Shown: positions 20,635 to 30,963 of the stretch, piece by piece | How the letters are laid out: every line of letters starts with the position of its first letter | Position numbering within the stretch: position 1 is the first letter of the stretch | Origin: a virus | Direction: 5' to 3' (one strand) | IMG/VR virus record: IMGVR_UViG_3300003937_000144 | Coordinates: 30,020 to 94,019 of that record | DNA: 64,000 nt | Position numbers and translations under genes: made by a program | Notes under the pieces: generated by a model | The model's database searches: none | What the model saw: only the letters and a program-made list of their open reading frames with translations | Told to the model about the DNA's origin: nothing

Positions 20635-20885
20635 TGGCATTACAAGGAAAGATTACAGCAAATAGGGGATACCAATCCGCTGGAATCACAAAGAAAGTTA
20701 TAATGGCAAGAAATGTAAGTGTCTCGGGGGTAACGTCGCAGCTCGCAGCGTTAACTGATGTTGATGTTTCTGCTAGAGCTGATGGTTCAATTATACAATG
20801 GGATGGTTCTGCCGGAACATTTAAAGTTAAGCCGACTATGGAAGATACGAATAGTAATACAAAAATTAATGGAGGGTCATTTTAG
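20634..20885 (+). CDS. Small virion/fibre-associated protein
   Basis: LAALTDVDVSARADGSIIQWD and a C-terminal INGGSF. Confidence 0.65.
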   Translation: MALQGKITANRGYQSAGITKKVIMARNVSVSGVTSQLAALTDVDVSARADGSIIQWDGSAGTFKVKPTMEDTNSNTKINGGSF

Positions 20886-20921
20886 TGGCGCTACAACTTA
20901 ACAAATTAGAGGAGAAATAGG

Positions 20922-22793
20922 ATGGCAGGAACAGTCATTGTAACTAAATATAGTTTAGCCACAGGCTCGCCGGCAACAGATGCATTAGCGGTTGGTGAAC
21001 AGGCTTACTCATTTAGTTCAGATAAATTATTCATTGGCGAAACATCGGGTTCGGATGTAGTAGCACGAGTAATTGGTGGTCAAGTCTACACAGACATGTT
21101 GGACCACACTGCGGGTACGCTAACAGCGTCATCAGCAATTATAACAGACGCATCGAGTAAAATTAGTGCATTAAATGTTGACAACTTAACATTAGATGGT
21201 AATGCAATCACATCAACAAATACAAATGGTGATATTACAATCACACCACATGGATCTGGTAAGGTTATCCTTGATGGTTTATCTCATCCAACGGCTGACG
21301 GTTCGAATGGTCATGTCTTAACAACTGACGGTTCGGGTAACTTAAGCTTTACTGCACCAGCTTCATCAAGCTTATCGCTTGCTGCTGATTCAGGTTCAAA
21401 TGATACCTTTAATACTGGTGAGACATTAACCTTTACAGGTGGTGATGGTATTGATACAACAGTATCAGATAATACAATAACAATTGCCGCAGAAGTTGCA
21501 ACCTCAGCTAATAAGGGTGTTGTAACATTAAACACTGCTGACTTTGATGTAACATCAGGTGATGTAACGGTTAAAGCTTTAGGTATATCGAATGCACAAC
21601 TTGCTGGTTCAATTGCTAATGGTAAATTAGCAAACTCAACTGTTGCATACGGTGGTGTTACATTATCATTAGGTACTGCAGATACAACTCCTGCATTTGA
21701 CCTAACTGATGCAACTAACTATCCAACATCTTCATTAACTGGCAGCATTACTAATGCTCAGTTAGCAGGTTCAATTGCTAACGGTAAACTAGCAAATGAT
21801 GGTATAACAATTGGTTCTACTGACACATCTCTTGGTGATACAATTACAGCATTAGCTGGAATGACAGCAATCGCTGTTGACAATGTATCAATAGATGGTA
21901 ATGCAATTTCAACAACTGATTCAAACGGTAACCTATCACTTGCACCACATGGTACAGGAACAGTTACGGTTCCTTCAAGTTATGAAGGTCGTGCTGGATT
22001 TGGTTCTGATTCACTTACAAATAAAGCATATGTTGACTCTGTTGCAAACGGTTTAGATGTTAAAAAATCTTGTCGTGTTGCTACAACAGCCAACCTTGCT
22101 GCAACATATAACAATGGTGCAGGTACACTAACTGCAACTTCAAACGCTGCAATTTCTATCGATGGTGTAACTCTTGTTGCAGATGATAGAATTCTTGTTA
22201 AAGACCAAACAGCTGGTTTACAAAATGGTTTCTATAAAGTAACAACTGTTGGTGATGGTTCTACTGCATTTGTTATAACAAGAACACCAGACGCTGATGC
22301 AGCCTCTGAATTAACCGCAGGTGCATTTACATTTGCTGAAGAAGGTACTGATAACGGAGACAATGGTTATGTAATGAGCACAAACGGTGCCATCACACTT
22401 GGTACAACTGCAATTACATTTGACCAATTCTCAGGTGCTGGTCAAATTAGTGCTGGAAATGGTTTAACTAAGTCTGGTAATACAATCAATGTTGTTGGTA
22501 CAGCAAACAGATTAAGTGTTGCTGCTGATGCAATTGATATTGATTCAAACTATGTTGGTCAAGCTACAATAACAACATTAGGTAGTATTGCTACAGGTAC
22601 TTGGGCAGCAACAGATGTTGCAATAGCTCATGGTGGTACAGGTGTAAGTTCACATACTGGTGACGGATATTGGGTATCAAACGCTGGCGGTACAGCATTA
22701 AGCTACATAACTGGTACACAATACCAGCATTTAGGATTTAGTTCAACTGGAGTTCCACAAGCAAGTGGAACAATTGATGGTGGAACATTTTAA
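20922..22793 (+). CDS. Tail fibre protein
   Basis: Gly/Thr/Ser-rich; LDGNxISxTxxNGxxxxxPHG repeats, NKAYVD, GLDVKKSCRVATT...DRILVKDQ and a C-terminal IDGGTF. Confidence 0.8.
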   Translation: MAGTVIVTKYSLATGSPATDALAVGEQAYSFSSDKLFIGETSGSDVVARVIGGQVYTDMLDHTAGTLTASSAIITDASSKISALNVDNLTLDGNAITSTNTNGDITITPHGSGKVILDGLSHPTADGSNGHVLTTDGSGNLSFTAPASSSLSLAADSGSNDTFNTGETLTFTGGDGIDTTVSDNTITIAAEVATSANKGVVTLNTADFDVTSGDVTVKALGISNAQLAGSIANGKLANSTVAYGGVTLSLGTADTTPAFDLTDATNYPTSSLTGSITNAQLAGSIANGKLANDGITIGSTDTSLGDTITALAGMTAIAVDNVSIDGNAISTTDSNGNLSLAPHGTGTVTVPSSYEGRAGFGSDSLTNKAYVDSVANGLDVKKSCRVATTANLAATYNNGAGTLTATSNAAISIDGVTLVADDRILVKDQTAGLQNGFYKVTTVGDGSTAFVITRTPDADAASELTAGAFTFAEEGTDNGDNGYVMSTNGAITLGTTAITFDQFSGAGQISAGNGLTKSGNTINVVGTANRLSVAADAIDIDSNYVGQATITTLGSIATGTWAATDVAIAHGGTGVSSHTGDGYWVSNAGGTALSYITGTQYQHLGFSSTGVPQASGTIDGGTF

Positions 22794-22828
22794 TTAACGT
22801 ATATATATAAGAAAGAGAGGAAAATAAT

Positions 22829-23806
22829 ATGCCAAAACCTTTAAAGTGGAATGGAAGTGCAGGACTTAAGGAAATGTCCGCAGCTGAAATTGATGACAAC
22901 GTCGATCTAATATTAGACCATTTTTCTGGAATGACATCTAATAATACTGGCCACCTTGCAATGAATGCAGAGTCGGGCTGGACAGACATTGGTACATTCG
23001 CAGATACTAGACGTGACCAAGCACAGGGAACTCACCCGGCTAATACAACCATTCATACAGACAACTATGTCTTTAGACAAAACTTAACTGACGTTACTCC
23101 TAGCCCAACAGCTAGGCCGTTCGCAGTTAAATATGATGGTGGTTCTTTTGATGGTATGATTGAAATGACAGATGCTGAATGCAGAGCTGACATTGTTGAT
23201 AGAATCAATATTAAAATTGCTGCAGGTGGTGTAGGTTCATATGTATTACAACCAGCAGCTCCTGGTACAGGAACATGGACTAACGTTGGTACAGTTAATA
23301 ACAAATTAGCTGTGGATTCAGTTGCTAATAGCACAATACTTTGGAAGAGAACAACTGGTTCGAATACAACTGCAACAAGACCTCTAAAATGGAATTCAAA
23401 TCAAGTGAAAGAGATGTCTGATGCTGAGATTAATGACTTAGTAGAAATGTATCAAGAATCTATTGTTGATACAGGTATTGGTAAGTACACATTAGCTGCA
23501 GCCGCTCCTGGTACAGGAACATGGCAAACAGTAGGTTCGGCCTTTGTTGATACAAGAAAACAAAGAACAGACCAAAACTATTCAGGTGATTATACTGGTG
23601 CTTATACCGGTAACTATACTGGAGCTTATACAGGTTATTACTCAACATACTACTCAGGACGTCAAGTAGGTCCATATACTGGATATTACTCAGGCACATA
23701 TACTGGATATTATTCAGGAACTTATACTGGTTCATATACTGGTGCAACAATTATGGCCGCAACAGACTCAGTAACTACAATGAAACTTTGGTTAAGGACA
23801 GCATAA
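22829..23806 (+). CDS. Virion/fibre-associated protein with a C-terminal (Y-T/S-G-x)n tract
   Basis: Three PLK(W/Y)...EM(S/T)xAE modules, two AAPGTGTW, and a Tyr-Gly repeat tract near the C-terminus. Confidence 0.7.
   Translation: MPKPLKWNGSAGLKEMSAAEIDDNVDLILDHFSGMTSNNTGHLAMNAESGWTDIGTFADTRRDQAQGTHPANTTIHTDNYVFRQNLTDVTPSPTARPFAVKYDGGSFDGMIEMTDAECRADIVDRINIKIAAGGVGSYVLQPAAPGTGTWTNVGTVNNKLAVDSVANSTILWKRTTGSNTTATRPLKWNSNQVKEMSDAEINDLVEMYQESIVDTGIGKYTLAAAAPGTGTWQTVGSAFVDTRKQRTDQNYSGDYTGAYTGNYTGAYTGYYSTYYSGRQVGPYTGYYSGTYTGYYSGTYTGSYTGATIMAATDSVTTMKLWLRTA
23579..23746 (+). repeat. 12-nt period coding repeat (Y-T/S-G-x), about 12 units around a central RQVGP
   Basis: YSGDYTGAYTGNYTGAYTGYYSTYYSGRQVGPYTGYYSGTYTGYYSGTYTGSYTGA. 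Confidence 0.9.
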
Positions 23807-23807
23807 T

Positions 23808-24242
23808 ATGGCAAAGCATAAAATAGTTTCATGTTATACCAAATCAGGTGCAGCATTTAATACAATAACAGAAGCAATAGAAACACATATGGCGGCTTCA
23901 TCTGCTACTGAAACAACAATTGCTGAGTATGAATCATGGGTTGATGGACAAACTAACTTTACTGAAACAAAATCATTAACATCTAATGGTTCAGCTGTTG
24001 CCTCTGGTACTGCAGGTAATGGTTATGCATTAACTAGAACTTGGACACAAGCTAAGTTAGCAGCATTGGCAGCAACATGGACTTCTCTTGCTGAAGCTAA
24101 AGGTGAACCAACAACTATTGGTACTGGATGGACAGTAACCCATACTGATACTGATCCTGCTAGTGGTAATCCATCACCTGTATGGGGTGGAGATGGAACA
24201 GGTGGTCCAGAAGGTTCAACATTTGGAGTAGAAGGCATTTAA
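23808..24242 (+). CDS. Hypothetical protein with a Gly/Pro-rich C-terminus
   Basis: 144-aa ORF directly after the YTG protein, with structural-gene-like composition. Confidence 0.7.
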   Translation: MAKHKIVSCYTKSGAAFNTITEAIETHMAASSATETTIAEYESWVDGQTNFTETKSLTSNGSAVASGTAGNGYALTRTWTQAKLAALAATWTSLAEAKGEPTTIGTGWTVTHTDTDPASGNPSPVWGGDGTGGPEGSTFGVEGI

Positions 24243-24250
24243 TAAGCGAG

Positions 24251-24258
24251 TATAAATA
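24251..24258 (+). promoter_or_regulatory. T4-type late promoter
   Basis: Intergenic TATAAATA before the first enzyme block. Confidence 0.75.
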
Positions 24259-24286
24259 ATTATATTATAACTGAAAGGAATATATC

Positions 24287-24736
24287 ATGGCAACTGAGAA
24301 TAAAAAAATCAATGATCCGTACTACGCGGATGCATCTTCCAATCTAATCGTATGCGACTTCTTATATGAAGATGGCACATCTACAACTGTGTCAATTGGA
24401 AATACTCCTAAGGGAGAAAAAGATAATCCGGATTGGAAACAAGTATTTAAAGAGTTTACTCACGAAGAAATTAAAGCAAATACTAAATTAAAAGAAGATT
24501 CATATCATGCTAACCAAGCTGGAAGACTGGCCAAAGAAAAAGCTGATCAAGATAAAGCAAAGAATGAAGCATTATTTGCAGCAAAGGTTGATGCCTTTGA
24601 AATCGCAGAGGTTAAAGCTTCTAAGAATAGAGTGGCAAAATCTAAAATTCGTAAAGCAAGTAATCTAGTAGAGATCTTTGCTTATAGTGCATCTATTATC
24701 TTAGAAGAAAATGCCAAACCAAAAGAAGAAGCTTAA
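24287..24736 (+). CDS. Hypothetical protein (possible fibre assembly chaperone)
   Basis: SD AAGGA upstream; charged helical C-terminus LFAAKVDAFEIAEVKASKNR. Confidence 0.6.
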   Translation: MATENKKINDPYYADASSNLIVCDFLYEDGTSTTVSIGNTPKGEKDNPDWKQVFKEFTHEEIKANTKLKEDSYHANQAGRLAKEKADQDKAKNEALFAAKVDAFEIAEVKASKNRVAKSKIRKASNLVEIFAYSASIILEENAKPKEEA

Positions 24737-25424
24737 TGGGTTCATAATTGTAGCAAGTCAGTTTTACGAGTATTATGAGGCGGCTCATATGCTTATAGAT
24801 TCACTGCTAGATTATATGCCAGAGGCAAACATTGCCCTATTCGCTCATGACCAATGGACCAAGAATGATTCACGCTGTGACGATCTTTATATGGTTGATG
24901 ATTGTCCTAATCATGTTCGAGCCAAACTCTATTGCCTATCTAAAACCCCATTTGATAAAACTGTATACTTAGATGCTGATACTTATGTGCAGCATGAAGA
25001 TGTATCTAAGATGTTTGACTTCGATTCCGATTTAGTATTCACTAATATAAGACCATACGCAGGTAAGATAGCTAAGTTTGTTGGAGGTGAAATGGTATTA
25101 CATGGTGGCGTATTCGGTTATAAGTCAACGCCTAGAGTATTTCAATTCATGGATGATTGGTGGAATTATTATAATAAGCAAAGAACTAATGAATGGTGGC
25201 CAGAAGGGGTTCAACCAAAATCACAATTAATTAGTTGGGATCAGCTAACTTTATGGTGGTTAACTGAAAATACGTATTCTGATTTAGATATAAGTATATA
25301 CGAAGATGATGCAAGATGGAATTTTGTTTATGTATATAAAGAAGATGAATGCAAAGGACCAATAGTAATATGGCATTATACATTACCATTAAAAAAACCG
25401 GCAGATGCGCGAAGTCTTAATTAA
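24711..25424 (+). CDS. GT-A fold glycosyltransferase (GT8/nucleotide-diphospho-sugar transferase-like)
   Basis: RAKLYCLSKTPFDKTVYLDADT (DxD), GGVFGY, WDQLTLW and RWNF...IWHYT. Confidence 0.8.
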   Translation: MPNQKKKLNGFIIVASQFYEYYEAAHMLIDSLLDYMPEANIALFAHDQWTKNDSRCDDLYMVDDCPNHVRAKLYCLSKTPFDKTVYLDADTYVQHEDVSKMFDFDSDLVFTNIRPYAGKIAKFVGGEMVLHGGVFGYKSTPRVFQFMDDWWNYYNKQRTNEWWPEGVQPKSQLISWDQLTLWWLTENTYSDLDISIYEDDARWNFVYVYKEDECKGPIVIWHYTLPLKKPADARSLN

Positions 25425-26025
25425 AAATAAAGAGATATTAAAAAGACTTGATGGCTTTATTGAAAGTATCAAGGGCCTTGACATGTCTATTTTAGATATT
25501 AAAGAGCAAGGAGACAAGGGTAAAATATATGCCACCTCCAAAGAATATCTACAACTCGTATTAAATAAAGCTGAGAATAAACAATTTAGAGGGCCACCTG
25601 AAATGATGTGGGGTGTAGACTTATGTAACAATCATAAGTACGGTGGCGAATGGTTAATACTTGCAGAGGATGTAGGATTTAATTTTGCAAGAGAATTAGG
25701 TGCACAACAGAATGCATTGTTCATGTATTATCCTAAGGATGGTTATATAGGTTGGCATGATAATAGAGATGCTCCAGGATATACTATATTATTTAATTGG
25801 AGTGAGGGTGGAGATGCATTCTATAGATATCGTGATTGGAAAACTGGTAAGGTGCATACTATACATGACAGACCTGGTTGGACCTGTAAGACTGGTTGGT
25901 ATGGACCAGGTAAAGAGTCAACATTCCATTGCGCTATGACTAATGAACCAAGATGGAGTATAGCATTCTATGCACGTAATGAGACGATGAGAGATCTAAT
26001 CATTGATGAAATAGAAAATGACTAA
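25405..26025 (+). CDS. 2OG-Fe(II) oxygenase-like (DSBH) protein
   Basis: YYPKDGYIGWHDN...FHCAMTNEPRWSIAF: two His plus distal Arg pattern. Confidence 0.65.
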   Translation: MREVLIKNKEILKRLDGFIESIKGLDMSILDIKEQGDKGKIYATSKEYLQLVLNKAENKQFRGPPEMMWGVDLCNNHKYGGEWLILAEDVGFNFARELGAQQNALFMYYPKDGYIGWHDNRDAPGYTILFNWSEGGDAFYRYRDWKTGKVHTIHDRPGWTCKTGWYGPGKESTFHCAMTNEPRWSIAFYARNETMRDLIIDEIEND

Positions 26026-27388
26026 AACAAAACTCATAAAATTTATAAAAGACAACAAACATAAATTTGTATTCTTTAATTATAGAGGTGGAATGGGTGG
26101 TGAAACCATTTGTAATCATCTAACACTAACAAATGATTACTTCTATAATGAAACTTTTAAGCAAGATATCATAGATAATAAGTCACACATATTCAGTGCC
26201 GAGCTAGATGATGGAGGTTCTAAGCCTGTAACAGATGCTTATGATACCGCAAATAGATCTAGGTTTAGAGATTGGATGTTCGGAGATTGGTTTATGCTAC
26301 ATTCATTATACGATAATTATAATTCTAATAATAATAACCTATGGGATGGTGAAAATATATTTCCACAGTATGATGATGTACATGGTGATAATGAATTTTA
26401 TGATAAACTATATGAGATATCAGATTCAATAGAACATAGAAATTCAAATCTAGGTGATATCAATTGTATTTTTGGTTGGGACAATAGAATTAATGATGGT
26501 AAATGGGACCATGAATGGAAAGATGTAGATCATGAATGCGATGAGGTATTAGAAAGATTTGCTGCACAAGATAAACCTTACTTGATTCGAACACATGGTA
26601 TAACCCCTTTTATGAAATTTTTAGGTGGTGCAAAGTTTATTGATATTGTTTGTAATGAATGGGAAAGGTATTGTACAAGTTTATCCGAAGCAAAAGTATT
26701 TGTTAATCCTATTAAAGGCAAAGAAGAAATAGCCGCTATGGTTAAACAGGTAATACATTGTTGGTCAATTGGACTCGAAGCAATTGGTGTAGATAATAAG
26801 AATCAACCAGTGGGTGGAGTGTCACCTATTATAACACATAGCGAGATGGAAGCAGAACTTAAAGAAAAATTTGTTTTAGATTATATAGGTGATGCGGAAG
26901 AGATATGTCTTAAGACAATAGGTGTTATAATAGATCCTGAAAAATATGAATTAAATTTAAATACTTTTAAAGATGCAACTGAATTAAATAAATTTGTTCA
27001 TGCGTTACAAATGTTTAGATCATATCCAAAGATGCTACCTTTTTTTATGAGAGATGAACTTACAAAATGGGATATGGGTGGACCATGGGGAACAAAGATT
27101 GAAGAGCCAAATCATAAAGGTGCATGGTGGCAAACAATATATAAGCATGAGCGATGGTGGTATGACATAATTAACCCACAATTATATAATATGCAAGATA
27201 TGTTTGATGGTGATTGGGTAGAAGAACAATTCGGAATGGATCCAAAACCTATAAGAGAAATGATGGCTAAATGGCATGAAGGCAATTGTAAGTTCTTAGA
27301 CGATATGCATATTACTAATTATCTTCCTAAGGCACCTTCAAAAGAAGCACAAGATATATACCATACACATCGAATAACGCCGTCATGA
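26018..27388 (+). CDS. Hypothetical protein with N-terminal Gly-rich loop (sulfotransferase/P-loop-like)
   Basis: FVFFNYRGGMGGETICNHL, similar to the N-termini of ORFs 44539 and 45198. Confidence 0.45.
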   Translation: MTKTKLIKFIKDNKHKFVFFNYRGGMGGETICNHLTLTNDYFYNETFKQDIIDNKSHIFSAELDDGGSKPVTDAYDTANRSRFRDWMFGDWFMLHSLYDNYNSNNNNLWDGENIFPQYDDVHGDNEFYDKLYEISDSIEHRNSNLGDINCIFGWDNRINDGKWDHEWKDVDHECDEVLERFAAQDKPYLIRTHGITPFMKFLGGAKFIDIVCNEWERYCTSLSEAKVFVNPIKGKEEIAAMVKQVIHCWSIGLEAIGVDNKNQPVGGVSPIITHSEMEAELKEKFVLDYIGDAEEICLKTIGVIIDPEKYELNLNTFKDATELNKFVHALQMFRSYPKMLPFFMRDELTKWDMGGPWGTKIEEPNHKGAWWQTIYKHERWWYDIINPQLYNMQDMFDGDWVEEQFGMDPKPIREMMAKWHEGNCKFLDDMHITNYLPKAPSKEAQDIYHTHRITPS

Positions 27389-28044
27389 ATATAGTAACAG
27401 TTAAATGGGGTGACAAATATTCTGTTGATGATGTCAATAAATTGTATTATAGTTGCGTAGCTACTACTCATGAGAATGATATTCATTTTTATTGTTATAC
27501 AGATGATTCTATTGGGTTAAATCCTCATATAAATTGGTTACCTCTTATTGATATGGATCTAGATGGGGTATGGAATAAGTTATCATTGTTTAAGCCGGGT
27601 ATGTTACCAGAAGGTAAGTGGTTATATTTAGACTTAGATGTAATTATACAAGGTAGATTAGATGAGATCTATATGCAAAATCAGTTTACAATGGTTAAAT
27701 GCTATTGGAAACCTATAGAAGTTCTTCGCCCTGATTGGGTATTTGAAGGCAGAACTATAAGAGATCATGATATAAACTCTTCTGTTATGTTGTTTCATAA
27801 TGATGAGAACCATCATATATGGGAACACTTTTGGGAATCACCTGATGATTATATGATGGCTTATCCAGGAATAGATGGGTTTATATATTGTGAAGGCTTT
27901 GCCCCTAACAATTATTGGAAACAAGGTAGGATATATTCAAAGTACTATGGAATTAAAGAAGAGTCATGGTATAATCCACCTGATGAGCCTTATTATTTAG
28001 AAACAGCTGCAATCTGTTTACTTAACGGACCCCTTAAGATATAA
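27385..28044 (+). CDS. GT-A fold glycosyltransferase
   Basis: VTVKWGDKYS, WNKLSLF, LYLDLDVII (DxD) and INSSVM. Confidence 0.8.
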   Translation: MNIVTVKWGDKYSVDDVNKLYYSCVATTHENDIHFYCYTDDSIGLNPHINWLPLIDMDLDGVWNKLSLFKPGMLPEGKWLYLDLDVIIQGRLDEIYMQNQFTMVKCYWKPIEVLRPDWVFEGRTIRDHDINSSVMLFHNDENHHIWEHFWESPDDYMMAYPGIDGFIYCEGFAPNNYWKQGRIYSKYYGIKEESWYNPPDEPYYLETAAICLLNGPLKI

Positions 28045-28083
28045 ATAAAGCTATAAGGATTGAATATTCAATTATTATAAATA
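28040..28083 (+). promoter_or_regulatory. Tandem T4-type late promoters (28040-28047, 28076-28083)
   Basis: Two TATAAATA copies before the second fibre block. Confidence 0.7.
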
Positions 28084-28131
28084 AAGACAACGGTGGTTAT
28101 ATAATCATCACAATAAAATTAGAGCATAGAT

Positions 28132-28410
28132 ATGGCTGGTACTGTAGTAAAAATCAAGCAGTCCTCTGTTGCAGGTAAAGTACCTTCAGCGAGTGACTTA
28201 CAACAAGGCGAATTAGCACTTAACACGGCTGATGTCAAGCTATACTCAAAGAACGGATCAGGAGAAGTCATTACGTTAGCGGCGGGGGCTAGTACGTTTA
28301 CTCAAACATTTGATATGGGTAACCATGCTGGAGATGTAATATTAGACGGCGGTGATTATAATGATTCAATTTATGTAACACAGGGTTCATATGACGGCGG
28401 GGGAGCATAA
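28132..28410 (+). CDS. Small fibre-attachment/adaptor protein
   Basis: IKQSSVAGKVPSASDLQQGELALNTADVKLY (common fibre N-terminal motif); ends in DGG motifs. Confidence 0.7.
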   Translation: MAGTVVKIKQSSVAGKVPSASDLQQGELALNTADVKLYSKNGSGEVITLAAGASTFTQTFDMGNHAGDVILDGGDYNDSIYVTQGSYDGGGA

Positions 28411-28413
28411 GAT

Positions 28414-30945
28414 ATGGCAACAATATTTAAGATAAGAAGAGATACGGCGGCCAATTGGGCGTCTGGCAATCCTACCCTAGCAGCGGGAGAAATGGGTCTT
28501 GACCAAACAAATAACTTCATCAAAATGGGTGATGGCTCAACTGCTTGGAATTCGTTAGCCCAATTCACACAAAACATTGAGAACGTAGAGGATTTAGTAG
28601 GTGCAATGGTCACCTCAAATACTGAAACATTTATTACAGTAACCTACGATGACTCAGATGGAACACTAGATTTCGTTGTTCCAGTATTAGATGAAGACAA
28701 CTTATCAACAGATTCCGCAACACATTTAGCTACACAACAAAGTATTAAAGCATACGTGGATGGACAAACCCACTTAAGCTTACTTGACGAAGACAATATG
28801 GCATCTAACAGTGCTACGCAAGCCGCTTCTCAACAATCAATCAAAGCTTATGTGGATGCACAAGTAGATACAGAAGATACCCTTGCTGAATTAGATGATG
28901 TTACTCTTACAACTCCAGCAGATGGTTCCCTATTACTTTATGATACTGGCAACTCAGTTTGGATTGACAATATCATGTCAGGTGATGCTACTCTATCAGA
29001 CACTGGTGCTATAACACTTGCAACAGTTAATTCAAATACTGGTGCAATTGGTTCATCAACAGCTATTCCAATTATTACAACTAACGCCAAGGGTTTAGTT
29101 ACAGCAGTAAGCACGGCAAGTATTACAACATCATTAACGGTTGGAGCTGATTCAGGTTCTAATGATGCAGTAGCTCTAGCCACTGATACATTAGATTTCT
29201 CAGGTGGTACAGGTATTGATACAACAGTTTCTGATAATGATATCTCAATTGCTATCGACGCTACTGTTGCTACATTAGCTGGTTCACAAACATTAACAAA
29301 TAAAACATTAACTAGTCCAGTTCTAAATACGGGTGTTAGTGGTACTGCGGTTAAAGATGAAGATAATATGGCGAGTAATTCTGCCACTCATCTTGCTACT
29401 CAACAATCTATTAAAGCATATGTTGATAGCGTAGCGGATGCTCAAGATAATACAGATGAAATAACAGAAGGTTCAACTAACTTATATTTCACTAACGCAA
29501 GAGCTAGAGCTGCGGTATCTGTTACAGATGCGGGTGGCGATGGTTCATTAGCATATAACTCTTCAACAGGTGTTATCACATATACAGGCCCAAGTGCTGC
29601 AGAAGCCAGAGCACATATTAGTGTTACTGATGCTGGTGGTGATGGTTCAGCTGCATACAATAGTTCAACTGGTGTTATAACTTATACTGGTCCAAGTGCC
29701 GCAGAGGTTAGAGCTCATATAAGTGCTGGTACTGGCGTTGCAATTTCAAATGGTGCAATATCTATTGGACAAGCAGTAGCCACAAGTTCTGATGTTCAAT
29801 TTGCTGACCTAGTATTAAGTGGTGATTTAACTATTAATGGTACTACTACAACAGTTGCCTCAACTAACACTACACATACAGATGCATTAATTGAATATGC
29901 TACTGGTACCACAGGTACACCGGCTAATGATGCTGGTATTGTTATTGAACGTGGTGATCAGAATAATGCATTCATCGGTTATGATGAGAGTGCAGACGAA
30001 TTTACTATGGGTACAGGTTCATTTACAGGTGCTTCAACCGGTAACTTAACAATTACAACTGGTACCCTTAATGTTGGTCAAGTAAAAGCCACATCGATGG
30101 CTTTGACAGGAGCTGTTACAACTAATTCCACATTTGATGGACGAGATGTAGCAACCGATGGTGCTAAGCTAGATAATATTGAAGCTTCAGCAACAGCTGA
30201 CCAAACAGGTGCACAAATTAAAGTATTATATGAAGCAGAATCTTCAGCATTTACAGATGCACAATTTACTAAGCTAGCTAATATTGAAACTGCAGCTGAT
30301 GTAACCGATGCAACAAATGTTAATGCTGCTGGTGCTCTTATGTTATCAGATACTTCAACCTCTGGTTTGGGTATTGTTGTTGATGAAGATAACTTAGTAT
30401 CAGATAGTGCTACTAAAGTACCTACTCAACAAAGTGTTAAAGCATATGTCGATGCTGGATTAGCAGCACAAAATCACCTAAATGAAATGTTAGGTAATAT
30501 GGATGACATAGATAATGGTACAACATTTGTTAAAACAGCAAACAACTTTACAGATGCTTTAAAGACTTCATTAGATACAATGGAAGACAATGCAGATGTC
30601 ACAGATGCTACTAATGTAGCGGCTGCTGGCGCTGTAATGGAATCAGGTGATACAGCTTCGGCTAAGATACCTGCTGGAACAACGGCACAGAGAGACGGTT
30701 CACCGAGTGCAGGTTATTTCAGATGGAATACAACATCCGGTGGTGCTGAGATATTTGACGGCACTTCTTGGGGATTAGTAGGTGGTGGTAACACTACCGG
30801 AAAGGCGGTATGGGAACATAGTTATACAGTTGCAGAAGATTATGAAGTAACTTCTGGTAACAACGCATTAACAGCGGGACCAATTACCATTAATACTGGC
30901 TATTCAGTCACTGTTCCTTCGGGATCATCGTGGGTGATAGTTTAA
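28414..30945 (+). CDS. Long tail fibre protein with Mtd_N/hyaluronidase-type N-terminal anchor
   Basis: KIRRDTAANWASGNPTLAAGEMGL; four DEDNxxxxSAxxxxxQQSxKAYVD repeats; PAGTTAQR..YFRWNT; C-terminal AGPITINTGYSVTVPSGSSWVIV. Confidence 0.82.
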   Translation: MATIFKIRRDTAANWASGNPTLAAGEMGLDQTNNFIKMGDGSTAWNSLAQFTQNIENVEDLVGAMVTSNTETFITVTYDDSDGTLDFVVPVLDEDNLSTDSATHLATQQSIKAYVDGQTHLSLLDEDNMASNSATQAASQQSIKAYVDAQVDTEDTLAELDDVTLTTPADGSLLLYDTGNSVWIDNIMSGDATLSDTGAITLATVNSNTGAIGSSTAIPIITTNAKGLVTAVSTASITTSLTVGADSGSNDAVALATDTLDFSGGTGIDTTVSDNDISIAIDATVATLAGSQTLTNKTLTSPVLNTGVSGTAVKDEDNMASNSATHLATQQSIKAYVDSVADAQDNTDEITEGSTNLYFTNARARAAVSVTDAGGDGSLAYNSSTGVITYTGPSAAEARAHISVTDAGGDGSAAYNSSTGVITYTGPSAAEVRAHISAGTGVAISNGAISIGQAVATSSDVQFADLVLSGDLTINGTTTTVASTNTTHTDALIEYATGTTGTPANDAGIVIERGDQNNAFIGYDESADEFTMGTGSFTGASTGNLTITTGTLNVGQVKATSMALTGAVTTNSTFDGRDVATDGAKLDNIEASATADQTGAQIKVLYEAESSAFTDAQFTKLANIETAADVTDATNVNAAGALMLSDTSTSGLGIVVDEDNLVSDSATKVPTQQSVKAYVDAGLAAQNHLNEMLGNMDDIDNGTTFVKTANNFTDALKTSLDTMEDNADVTDATNVAAAGAVMESGDTASAKIPAGTTAQRDGSPSAGYFRWNTTSGGAEIFDGTSWGLVGGGNTTGKAVWEHSYTVAEDYEVTSGNNALTAGPITINTGYSVTVPSGSSWVIV
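29515..29725 (+). repeat. 102-nt (34-aa) tandem duplication in the fibre gene
   Basis: SVTDAGGDGSxAYNSSTGVITYTGPSAAExRAHI twice; gttac-gatg at 29521 and 29623. Confidence 0.9.
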
Positions 30946-30963
30946 TTTTTTAGGAGACGATAA

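Noticed and set aside
28414-28560. Mtd_N-like domain suggesting a diversity-generating retroelement
   Set aside because: No reverse transcriptase and no TR/VR pair differing only at adenines was seen; this domain is a generic fibre anchor.
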